A DNA stretch of 64,000 bases from Candidatus Poseidoniaceae archaeon. Lineage in GTDB: Archaea > Thermoplasmatota > Poseidoniia > Poseidoniales > Poseidoniaceae. The stretch is from the NCBI GenBank assembly GCA_943788295.1, contig CALSPS010000004.1, positions 224,540 through 288,539 of the forward strand. The letters are read 5' to 3'. The notes beneath the pieces were generated by a model. It saw only the letters and a program-made list of their open reading frames with translations, made no database searches and had not been told where the DNA came from. The position numbers were made by a program, and so were the translations under genes. Below, piece after piece: positions 19,613-27,647 of this stretch. Numbering within the stretch: position 1 is the first letter of the stretch; the number at the start of each line of letters is the position of its first letter.

Positions 19613-20540
19613 TCAACCTCAACTCCTGTACCATTGCTGTCGCTGTCCTGTCAAAAAAGTGTGCTACAATCCAAGCCACAAGCGTGAGCATCACGGGGTG
19701 CAACCCCCTGCTCAACAACTCCCGTTCTAAATCGGTGCTGATGCCCGGCAAGAGGCTGATCCATCCAATGGCGTAGGCGATGAACGCAAACAGCGTGTGG
19801 GGGGTGACGTTTCTGTTGAACAACCATCCAAAATTTCGGCGATGATGTTCGATGGCCATCATGGCCCCAACGGATGCGAAAAATTTGAGCCGCTTTATTC
19901 CAGAAGTTTCTGCTCCATACACTGATTTCACAGGGACTTCATTCACCCTCCATCCACCTTTGGCCAATTGAATCAACCAGAAATTCGGGTATCCATAGCC
20001 CTTCCACGAGCGGTTCCAATTCCATTCCTTGAGCACCTCATGCGAGGTCGCCGTATAGCCACATTGCGGGTCGACAATTGGTTGTCCCGCTGCGAGCGTG
20101 GTGGCGATGCTGAGCACCTTACTGGCCAATTTTCGCTGAACAGGCATGTTGTCGGTTCCAGCGCTGTGTGCGAATCGATTGCCCTTCACATGGTCGGCCT
20201 GACCCGTGATCACAGGGGCGATGATAGCGCGAAGGTCTTCGGGGTCCATTTGTCCATCACCAGCCATCACCACGCTGACAAATGGACCGTCAAATTGCTC
20301 CAGCATGGCCTGATGTCCAGCGTCAATCGCAGCCCCAACGCCTTGTCCGCCGAGGTCGATTTCGATCAGTTCGGTTTGACAATGAGCCGCTTTAATCTCC
20401 TGCGATGTAGCGTCGGTAGAACCGTCGTTGACCACCACAATGCAATCCACACCTTCTGGCATTGTCTCGATGACCTTGCGAATGAATTTCGCTTCATTCT
20501 TGGCAGGAACAACGACGCCGATGTGCCATCCTTCCTCCAT
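19581..20540 (-). CDS. Family-2 glycosyltransferase, Dpm1/GtrB-like, with C-terminal TM helices.
   Basis: MEEGWHIGVVVPAKNEAKFI...VVVNDGSTDAT. The track ORF extends to 20666. The start was set at MEEGW (20540). Confidence 0.7.
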   Translation of the reverse strand: MEEGWHIGVVVPAKNEAKFIRKVIETMPEGVDCIVVVNDGSTDATSQEIKAAHCQTELIEIDLGGQGVGAAIDAGHQAMLEQFDGPFVSVVMAGDGQMDPEDLRAIIAPVITGQADHVKGNRFAHSAGTDNMPVQRKLASKVLSIATTLAAGQPIVDPQCGYTATSHEVLKEWNWNRSWKGYGYPNFWLIQLAKGGWRVNEVPVKSVYGAETSGIKRLKFFASVGAMMAIEHHRRNFGWLFNRNVTPHTLFAFIAYAIGWISLLPGISTDLERELLSRGLHPVMLTLVAWIVAHFFDRTATAMVQELRLNAKARQATEA

Positions 20541-20621
20541 AGAGATTCCAGCCTTCCTCAGGTCATGAACCTGACCTCTCTTCCCACTGGACATCGGCCT
20601 GTAGGAAAGACGGTTCAGGTG

Positions 20622-21503
20622 ATGGTTTGTTTGAGAGGTTTCATAGGGAGAAGGCACGGCTTGCAAAGCGTGGCAGACATACCCTTGCGCATTGTCCTCT
20701 TGGGAAGGGACATTGAATTACGCATCGTTTCTTTGATCGTTCGGGCTCGGGAAGTCGCCGATGATGTGGTCTTTCTCGACCTTGGTTCAAACGACACTAC
20801 CGTGGAATTGGCTCAAGAAGTGGGCTGCACATCACTCCATTTCACCGAATCACTGAATCCAAAAGAGATCGCTCTTTTCCTGCGAGATTGCTCTTTGGAC
20901 CCGGCCAACACCACACTCGCTATTCATGTCACAGACGCTTGGAAGTTGCAAGACATCTCCCTTTCCATCAACCGAGCAAGGGAATTGTGGGACATCCACC
21001 TTTCCCACATTGAGGACAGCGAAATCGAACAAAGCGACGAAGATCCGGTCCTTTCCACGCTCGAACTGCGACACTTGGTCATGACCGAAGCTGGCATGGG
21101 CGCTCTGGCTGAACTTGATTCCAATGGCACGCAACAATCCCTTGATCAGAAACTGCGTGTACGAATCGTCAAAGCCTCAGCCAACGTCAACATTCACCAA
21201 CGTGAATCTTTAGCCACTGCCTCAAAATTCGCACAACTCTTCTATTGGATGTTGGAATCAAAGCATCCACTGCTGCTGTTTGGCATCCCCGGTATCGTTT
21301 TGTTTTTCCTTGGCTATCGTCTTTCAGGTAACATTGTCGGTGCCTTAGAAGAAATCAATTCCACCTCAATCGGTGTCACATTGGCCACCATCGCCATGAC
21401 ATTGATTGGGCTGTTCAGCATCATGGTTGCCCTTATTCTCTACATCATGGGCAAGCAAGTGGAACAAATCCAGTCGCAGTACGATTGGCCCTCACGTTCA
21501 TGA
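20622..21503 (+). CDS. GT2-like paralog with degenerate catalytic motifs but an intact C-terminal two-TM anchor. It is divergent from the preceding GT2.
   Basis: LRIVLLGRDIE...VVFLDLGSNDTT, where a canonical GT2 has DDGSTD. The C-terminal TM is GIPGIVLFFLGYRL...IGLFSIMVALILYIMG. The first 654 nt of the track ORF 19968..21503 are antisense to the minus-strand GT2 and were discarded. Confidence 0.5.
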   Translation: MVCLRGFIGRRHGLQSVADIPLRIVLLGRDIELRIVSLIVRAREVADDVVFLDLGSNDTTVELAQEVGCTSLHFTESLNPKEIALFLRDCSLDPANTTLAIHVTDAWKLQDISLSINRARELWDIHLSHIEDSEIEQSDEDPVLSTLELRHLVMTEAGMGALAELDSNGTQQSLDQKLRVRIVKASANVNIHQRESLATASKFAQLFYWMLESKHPLLLFGIPGIVLFFLGYRLSGNIVGALEEINSTSIGVTLATIAMTLIGLFSIMVALILYIMGKQVEQIQSQYDWPSRS

Positions 21504-21506
21504 AGC

Positions 21507-22316
21507 GTGAGTTTGATAGTGGAGTGGATTCGAATGACTGCTATGACACCAGCCCGTTTAGTTTGCCTTGATATGGACCGAGTGCTTGTGGACCATTTAT
21601 CCACATGGCAATTCGTTTACGACCGCTTAGGCATCTCGAACGATGAGTCCTTTGAACTCTACAACCAGGGCCTGCTGGATGAATGGGATTGGATCAAACT
21701 CGACATTGCTCTCATCAAAGAAAGCCGAAAAGACGGCCCAGCCGTCACCGATGGGGAACTCCGCGGCCTGATGGAGGGCATGCCAATGATGACCCACTGG
21801 AAAGAATTGATTCAAACGCTCTTGGACAGCGGGTTTCATGTGGCCATTGTCAGCGGTGGACTTCAACAAACGGCTCGGGACATCGCCGCACAATTCCCCT
21901 CCACACAACCATGGCGCAGACGTTGGGGTGGCATTGATCGGTTCACAGCACAACGCTTCGGTGGCGGCATGGACACGCGTTTGCATGTCTTCACGAACGG
22001 TTGGCTTCAAGGCCAGCCAACGAAAGATGGCGACCATGAGATCGCAGATTTTGGCCGCTACCAAGTCCAAATGGATGGAAAGGGTTCGGTCGTTAAAATG
22101 CTTCAGCGAAGGCTTGGCGTGACCAAAGAGAACACCGCTTCAGTGGGCGATTCAGCAGGTGACATCAGCATGTTTCAGCAATCCGGTTTGCCAATTTGCT
22201 TCAACCCCTGGGACGACCGTCCCAAAGCCCACGCTGCACATGTGGTGGAAAAGAAGGACCTCGCACTCGTCGAAGGCCTCATCCTTCAGCATTTCAAGGT
22301 CCATCCAACATCTTGA
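21507..22316 (+). CDS. HAD-superfamily phosphatase, phosphoserine phosphatase-like.
   Basis: LVCLDMDRVLV (DxD), IVSGGL and VGDSAGDISM are HAD motifs I-IV. Confidence 0.65.
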   Translation: MSLIVEWIRMTAMTPARLVCLDMDRVLVDHLSTWQFVYDRLGISNDESFELYNQGLLDEWDWIKLDIALIKESRKDGPAVTDGELRGLMEGMPMMTHWKELIQTLLDSGFHVAIVSGGLQQTARDIAAQFPSTQPWRRRWGGIDRFTAQRFGGGMDTRLHVFTNGWLQGQPTKDGDHEIADFGRYQVQMDGKGSVVKMLQRRLGVTKENTASVGDSAGDISMFQQSGLPICFNPWDDRPKAHAAHVVEKKDLALVEGLILQHFKVHPTS

Positions 22317-22341
22317 TGAACCACCATGTGAAGTACACGCC

Positions 22342-22449
22342 ATGAACGGCGATGACCTGTTGACTTCAATTTGCCCAGAGTGTGGCTTCCTGCTTGGTGC
22401 CTTCATTCCAGGAATGCCCTGCCCTCAGTGCGGCGAACCATTGCTTTAG
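22342..22449 (+). CDS. 35-aa Zn-ribbon mini-ORF (CPECG...CPQCG).
   Basis: MNGDDLLTSICPECGFLLGAFIPGMPCPQCGEPLL. It is too short for the ORF track and is speculative. Confidence 0.25.
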   Translation: MNGDDLLTSICPECGFLLGAFIPGMPCPQCGEPLL

Positions 22450-23489
22450 ATTGAATCGAATCTCACACCTTGCTCTTGCATGTAAGCCATAATCGATTCA
22501 ATGGCTTTAGCAGACAAGCCTTCAGGTGGGTGTACCCCTGGCTTCAATCCGCATCCTTCAAGCGGTCCTTGTTCAAGAAACAGCAGCGCACAAGCTGCGG
22601 TGACCAATCCAGTGGTTCTCGCCATCGACCCGTCGCCGTTCAAACCACTGTCTTGGACGACGGTGTGTCGAACCCCGTTGCTGTTTTCTGCAACAACTTC
22701 GAGCCAGGTGAACTCCTTGCGTTGCGGATCAAAGGTCCATGCCTTCAGTAACTCAGCTTCCTCCATACCGCGTCCTTCGTTCAGCCATCGGTCTATATGA
22801 CCGGGCCAACGAACGGTGTATTCCTTCATCGTGGTGCATGGTATCGTGTCGAGAATGCTGCGCAATCCATCGGTAAGGAAGGCCTCCATTGTGCCATAGC
22901 CATCGACTTGAATGTCATGACGCTCGCTGAGCGCAGGCACTTCCAATAGGGTGTTATCCACTCGAATTCTGGCTGGCCGTGTGTATTCCTCAATCACGTC
23001 AGATGGCGAAAAAGGAGCCATGTAAGACCACTCATCGTCCTTTTCAGTCGGATTTCCACCCACCTTGATTGAGACATGATTCAAAGGCCCAAGGTCCTCA
23101 AACGCCTGCTTGACGAGCATGTTTGAAATTCCCGGTGCGATGCCAACATCCCATAGCAGGACTCCTTGGTGTTCAACAGCGAGCGCTTCATGGCGGTGGG
23201 GGTCTTCTGCTGTAAACGCCAAATCAACCACATTGTGACCGGCTTTCAGTAAAGCAGGTCGCACCATGTCGCCAATGCGTCCGGGGAGCATGTTGATGAC
23301 CGTTTGTTGGGGGGGAAGTCGAGACACCGCTTGGATGGCATCGCCTTGGCGTGCTTCAACCCGTGGATGTTGGTGCAGTGCTTTTGGAATCTGCAAATCA
23401 ATGACAATGACCTTGTGGTCTGCTTCGAGCAAACGCTCAATGACAAACTGGCCAACAAGACCACTGCCAAGCGCCACAACCGAAGCCAT
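22446..23489 (-). CDS. Saccharopine dehydrogenase-family NAD(P) oxidoreductase. It may be carboxy(nor)spermidine or lysine dehydrogenase-like.
   Basis: N-terminal Rossmann VVALGSGLVGQFVIERL. The 347-aa length fits the family. Confidence 0.55.
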   Translation of the reverse strand: MASVVALGSGLVGQFVIERLLEADHKVIVIDLQIPKALHQHPRVEARQGDAIQAVSRLPPQQTVINMLPGRIGDMVRPALLKAGHNVVDLAFTAEDPHRHEALAVEHQGVLLWDVGIAPGISNMLVKQAFEDLGPLNHVSIKVGGNPTEKDDEWSYMAPFSPSDVIEEYTRPARIRVDNTLLEVPALSERHDIQVDGYGTMEAFLTDGLRSILDTIPCTTMKEYTVRWPGHIDRWLNEGRGMEEAELLKAWTFDPQRKEFTWLEVVAENSNGVRHTVVQDSGLNGDGSMARTTGLVTAACALLFLEQGPLEGCGLKPGVHPPEGLSAKAIESIMAYMQEQGVRFDSI

Positions 23490-23498
23490 GCCCTCGCC

Positions 23499-24857
23499 TC
23501 AGGGTGTGACTCTTCTCGAATCACGTGGGAATGGAATGACTTCCCGAATGTGATCTGCTCCGGTGAGCCAGGAGCACACTCGGTCAACGCCTAGGCCGAA
23601 TCCGCCATGAGGCACGCCACCATACGAGCGGGTGTCGATGTAGAATTGGTAGGCTTCGTGAGGGGTTCCCTCTTCATCGAGTCGCCTGAGAATTTCTTCT
23701 TCCGACCATGTTCGCTCGCCACCGCCAATGATTTCACCATAGCCTTCCGGAGCCAATAAATCGTGGCATAAGACATACTTTTCATCCTCCGGGTCAACTC
23801 GGTGATAGAATGGTTTTGCGACTTTTGGATAGTGGGTCAGGAAGTGCGGGACATCAAAATCTTGGGTCAGAACTTTCTCTTTTGAGTAGTCTAAATCTTG
23901 GCCCCACTCGACATCGACACCCATCCCTTGGAGCGTTTCAATCGCTTCGTCATAGCGCATCCTTGGGTATGGGCTGTCAGCGTAGCGTGCCACCAGATCC
24001 AAGTCTCTGCCCAACGATTCAAGTTCGGTGCTTCGCTCATCCAAGAGCGTCGAAGCAATCTTGCGAACCACGCCTTCGCCATGGGTCATAATTTCTTCAT
24101 TGCTGGCCCAAGCGACTTCCATTTCAGCATGCCAAAACTCAGTCAAGTGACGGCGAGTTCGTGATTTTTCGGCCCTGAACGACGGTGCGATGGTGTACAA
24201 CCGCTCAAGCGCAGGCATGGCTGCTTCGGCATAGAGTTGCCATGACTGAGTCAAGTATGCAGTTCGCCCAAAGTAGGGCACTTCGAACAGGGTTGAACCG
24301 CCCTCGACGGCTCCGGCGACGAAGTTAGGCGCTTGGTATTCAACGAAATCCAAGTCTCGGAAGTAACCATGAATCGCTCCAAAGACACTGCTTCGAAGTT
24401 GGAGCATGGTGGTCATGCGGGAGGTTCTAAGGTACAGGTGGCGATTGTCCAACAAGAACTCAGTCTCGCCTCCATCGGCGGCTGCCATAGCGGATTCAGT
24501 GATTGGAAACGGTCGTTCTGGGTTCACTTGGCCGACGATTTCAACCGAGGAGACGACCAATTCATGGCCACCTTCAGATCGCTCGTCGACATTGACGGTT
24601 CCCGTGATGATGATGCTTGATTCAATTAAGGCCGCTTTAACTTGGTCAAAGGCCTCATCGCCAAGAGCATCCCTCTTGGCAACGCACTGAATGACGCCTG
24701 TCGAGTCGCGAAGCACCACAAAGCGGATTTTATTCGAGCCACGGGTTCGCTTAACCCACCCTTTCAACTCGACAACTTGGTTGTCGTACATTCCAGATTG
24801 CACATCGCCAATCCAAATCGTCTTCACCATCTTCGCACCCATGCTCGGGTAGGCCAT
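23499..24857 (-). CDS. aspS: Aspartyl-tRNA synthetase, archaeal type.
   Basis: N-terminal OB anticodon-binding region and class II motifs FRAE, GGGERT and GFGLGVDR. Confidence 0.9.
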   Translation of the reverse strand: MAYPSMGAKMVKTIWIGDVQSGMYDNQVVELKGWVKRTRGSNKIRFVVLRDSTGVIQCVAKRDALGDEAFDQVKAALIESSIIITGTVNVDERSEGGHELVVSSVEIVGQVNPERPFPITESAMAAADGGETEFLLDNRHLYLRTSRMTTMLQLRSSVFGAIHGYFRDLDFVEYQAPNFVAGAVEGGSTLFEVPYFGRTAYLTQSWQLYAEAAMPALERLYTIAPSFRAEKSRTRRHLTEFWHAEMEVAWASNEEIMTHGEGVVRKIASTLLDERSTELESLGRDLDLVARYADSPYPRMRYDEAIETLQGMGVDVEWGQDLDYSKEKVLTQDFDVPHFLTHYPKVAKPFYHRVDPEDEKYVLCHDLLAPEGYGEIIGGGERTWSEEEILRRLDEEGTPHEAYQFYIDTRSYGGVPHGGFGLGVDRVCSWLTGADHIREVIPFPRDSRRVTP

Positions 24858-24969
24858 TGTCTAATTCAATGTCACCCTTCACCCGCAACGCAGAACTCGG
24901 CCGCAAATGGCTCGCCTGTTGGGTCACACGGGGGCAAGCCTCAAACCATCTGTGCGCCATTGATTTTTC

Positions 24970-25878
24970 GTGGCAAGAGTCGCAGTGTATGCAATTGGCG
25001 GCAATGCGCTGGCATCGCCAACCGGTGGGGATGACGGGCAAAGCGAGCGCATCTTGGCGCACGTGATGTCGGACGTCGTGGATCTTCTCGAATCAGGATG
25101 GGGGGTTGTTCTCACCCATGGCAACGGACCACAAGTCGGCCATTTGATGGCCCTTGATACCGATCTCACTCAACCAATGGATGCTTGGGTCTCTGCCACA
25201 CAAGGCATGATTGGGCATGGGCTTGCCCTCAATTTGGATTCGATTCTTTCAAAGCGCCAAAGGCCGGAACGGACAGCAACCATCGTGACAAGGGTGCTTG
25301 TGGACGGAAATGATCCTGGATTTTCCAAACCCACAAAACCGGTTGGACCGGTGTTGAACGCTCAAACGGTCATGGAGGCTGACTGGGACATCGCCGAAAC
25401 AAAAATCGGACCACGACGCGTGGTTGCCAGCCCTTTGCCGATGGAAATTATTGATTTGCCAGTGATTCAGAAACTGGTCGACCTCCACGCTGTGGTGATC
25501 TGTGGCGGTGGCGGTGGCATTCCCATTGCGAGAAAAGGCCAACACTTCATCGGGGTTCCTGCCGTGATTGACAAAGATCGAGTCTCAGCGTTGCTGGCCA
25601 TTAAATTGCAAGCTGAAGCCCTCATCATTTCAACGGCCATCGACGCAGTGCGGACCGGGTTTGGAACCGAGGAAGAAAAATCCCACAGAACATTAACGCT
25701 TGACGAGTGCGAGATGCACATGGAAGCGGGCGAATTCCCCGCTGGCTCAATGGCTCCTAAAATTGGCAGTCTGATGGAGGCGGCCCTTCACCAACCTGGC
25801 CTCCAAGCCATCCTTTGCCAACCCGGTGATGCCCTTGAAGCGCTGCGCGGTAAAGCGGGCACGACCATCGTCGTGTGA
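24970..25878 (+). CDS. arcC: Carbamate kinase (amino-acid kinase family).
   Basis: VAVYAIGGNAL...VVLTHGNGPQVG is the carbamate kinase signature. 302 aa. Confidence 0.7.
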   Translation: MARVAVYAIGGNALASPTGGDDGQSERILAHVMSDVVDLLESGWGVVLTHGNGPQVGHLMALDTDLTQPMDAWVSATQGMIGHGLALNLDSILSKRQRPERTATIVTRVLVDGNDPGFSKPTKPVGPVLNAQTVMEADWDIAETKIGPRRVVASPLPMEIIDLPVIQKLVDLHAVVICGGGGGIPIARKGQHFIGVPAVIDKDRVSALLAIKLQAEALIISTAIDAVRTGFGTEEEKSHRTLTLDECEMHMEAGEFPAGSMAPKIGSLMEAALHQPGLQAILCQPGDALEALRGKAGTTIVV

Positions 25879-25926
25879 TGCCTCTGTGAGCGCATGTTCA
25901 TGTACTAGGGCGGACTCCAACAAATC

Positions 25927-26382
25927 ATGTCGAATGACAACATCCTGCCCGAGATTGAAGCCTCTGCACACTGCGACGGACCATGTGGAGTCTATGACCC
26001 CGCCAGCGCTCGAATTGCTGGTGAAGCCGTTCAATCCATGACCAAGAAAATGCTCGCCCTCGAATACCCAAAGGTGTTCAGTTCTGAATCGATGGCTTCC
26101 TACCTCAACACCATGAGCCGCTACGCAGCCATCAAGGACGAAGAAGCGCAAAAGTGCAAGCACGAACTTCTTGTTCTTTGGACGGATTTCTTCAAGCCAG
26201 TCCACCTCGAGGCACACCCTGAACTTCACACCACCTTCTGGAACGCAGCCAAGTTGTGCAGCGCTTGTAAGGTCGAAGTTTCCGCTGCTCACGCTCAAGA
26301 ATTGATGGACGCTATCGAAGCCATTCACACCATGTTCTGGGCCATCAAGGGCCGAGAAGTCCCTTGGATTCGTGCCAGTTGA
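25927..26382 (+). CDS. sodN: Nickel-containing superoxide dismutase precursor, with a 14-aa propeptide before the Ni-hook.
   Basis: MSNDNILPEIEASA|HCDGPCGVYDPASARIAGEAV carries the Ni-hook H-C-x-x-P-C-G-x-Y. Confidence 0.85.
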   Translation: MSNDNILPEIEASAHCDGPCGVYDPASARIAGEAVQSMTKKMLALEYPKVFSSESMASYLNTMSRYAAIKDEEAQKCKHELLVLWTDFFKPVHLEAHPELHTTFWNAAKLCSACKVEVSAAHAQELMDAIEAIHTMFWAIKGREVPWIRAS

Positions 26383-26391
26383 GGCGCAACT

Positions 26392-26682
26392 ATGGAGCGC
26401 TTCATCGCCGTTCTTTCTGGCGACAGCATGTGGCCAACCTACCATGATGGCGATCGTTTAATTTGCAGCGCAACTGCCACCATCGACGTCGGGTCAGTGA
26501 TTGTGTTCAAACATCCACTTAGGGCCAACCTCAACGCTGTCAAGCGAGTGTCAAAAATCGAAGGCGATTGGATGTTCGTCGAAGGAGATCACCCAGATCC
26601 AACTTCGTCAAATGACTCGCATAATTTTGGACGCATCGCTCGCTCCAGCATTCTGGGTGTCGTGGTTGACAAAGAAGACTGA
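26392..26682 (+). CDS. sodX: SodX: S26/S24-type signal-peptidase-like protease for NiSOD maturation.
   Basis: SGDSMWPTY (catalytic Ser) and KRV (Lys). It lies 10 nt downstream of sodN. Confidence 0.75.
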   Translation: MERFIAVLSGDSMWPTYHDGDRLICSATATIDVGSVIVFKHPLRANLNAVKRVSKIEGDWMFVEGDHPDPTSSNDSHNFGRIARSSILGVVVDKED

Positions 26683-26692
26683 AGTTGGTTGG

Positions 26693-26769
26693 TGGCGGGC
26701 CTGACGGGGTTCGAACCCGCGACCGATGGATTAAGAGTCCATCGCTCTACCTGACTAAGCTACAGGCCC
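26693..26769 (-). tRNA. tRNA-Lys (anticodon CUU), with CCA encoded.
   Basis: Reverse complement GGGCCTGTAGCTTAGTCAGGTAGAGCGATGGACTCTTAATCCATCGGTCGCGGGTTCGAACCCCGTCAGGCCCGCCA. Acceptor, D, anticodon and T arms all pair. The anticodon loop is CTCTTAA. Confidence 0.85.
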
Positions 26770-26788
26770 ACCCCGCCGTCCTTGCGCC

Positions 26789-26802
26789 CGTATTTAATGA
26801 TT
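26789..26802 (-). promoter_or_regulatory. Archaeal TATA box (TTTAAATA-like) about 25 nt upstream of tRNA-Lys.
   Basis: Plus-strand tatttaatga at 26791-26800 reads CATTAAATAC on the minus strand. Confidence 0.45.
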
Positions 26803-26825
26803 GACGGACATCAACTCAAGGCGAC

Positions 26826-27530
26826 TCAGTTCAAGCGTCCGTGTGGGTTGATGATGGTTTCAACGCCGTTTGCACCAGCGAGCACCACAGCATCGCACAT
26901 GCCGTTGAACAGGCCAACCTGAACAACGCCGGCAACATGCAAGATCAAAGATTCCAATTCCACAGGATTGGTGATGGTGGGCCCCATGTGTGCATCAGCG
27001 ATCATGTTGCCATTATCGGTGACCACTGGGTTGTCACCTGCCATTCGGCAGTTCACCCTGCAATCCAGCAAACGGCCAAGCGCACGAATGGTGGCTTGAT
27101 GTTCAAACGGTGTGACTTCAATGGGAAGGGGGAACGCTCCAAGGTGTGCGACTCGCTTTCGGTCATCAGCCACCACCACCATTGCTGCGGATTCCTGGGC
27201 CACAACTTTTTCTCGCAATAAAGCCGCTCCTCCACCTTTGATCAACTGAAAGTTAGGATCGTATTCATCAGCACCATCAATAACGATGTCCAAGCCATCA
27301 ATCGAAGAGAGTTCCACGAGTGGAATACCGACTTTGTGGGCAAGTTGTTCAGTCGCAAGCGAGGTTGGGACCCCAACAATTTCGAGTCCTTCTTCAGCCA
27401 TTCGTCGGCCAAGTTCAACGACGGTATGTTTGACGGTTGAACCCGTTCCAAGGCCGACCTTCATTCCGGTTTTGACAAAGCGGCAAGCAGCAATCCCAGC
27501 CTCTTTTTTCAGGGCTTCTACATCGCTCAT
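26826..27530 (-). CDS. rpiA: Ribose-5-phosphate isomerase A.
   Basis: VGLGTGSTV...DGADE is the RpiA signature. Confidence 0.85.
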   Translation of the reverse strand: MSDVEALKKEAGIAACRFVKTGMKVGLGTGSTVKHTVVELGRRMAEEGLEIVGVPTSLATEQLAHKVGIPLVELSSIDGLDIVIDGADEYDPNFQLIKGGGAALLREKVVAQESAAMVVVADDRKRVAHLGAFPLPIEVTPFEHQATIRALGRLLDCRVNCRMAGDNPVVTDNGNMIADAHMGPTITNPVELESLILHVAGVVQVGLFNGMCDAVVLAGANGVETIINPHGRLN

Positions 27531-27647
27531 GTCACCGTTTCACTGAGGAGAGTCCTTGAGCCTTTGCGCCTTACCATGCTGCAGATATGCTCCCACATCC
27601 CGTAGGGATGATGCCTGAATGGTTGGCCGAAGTCTTTTCACCTGTCG

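Noticed and set aside
19968-20621. The 5' part of the 511-aa plus-strand ORF 19968..21503.
   Set aside because: This segment is antisense to a well-supported GT2 gene. Only the 3' part from about 20622 shows protein-like GT2 architecture.
25747-26445. 232-aa minus-strand ORF overlapping sodN and sodX.
   Set aside because: Antisense to two genes with strong family signatures. This is a typical high-GC shadow ORF.
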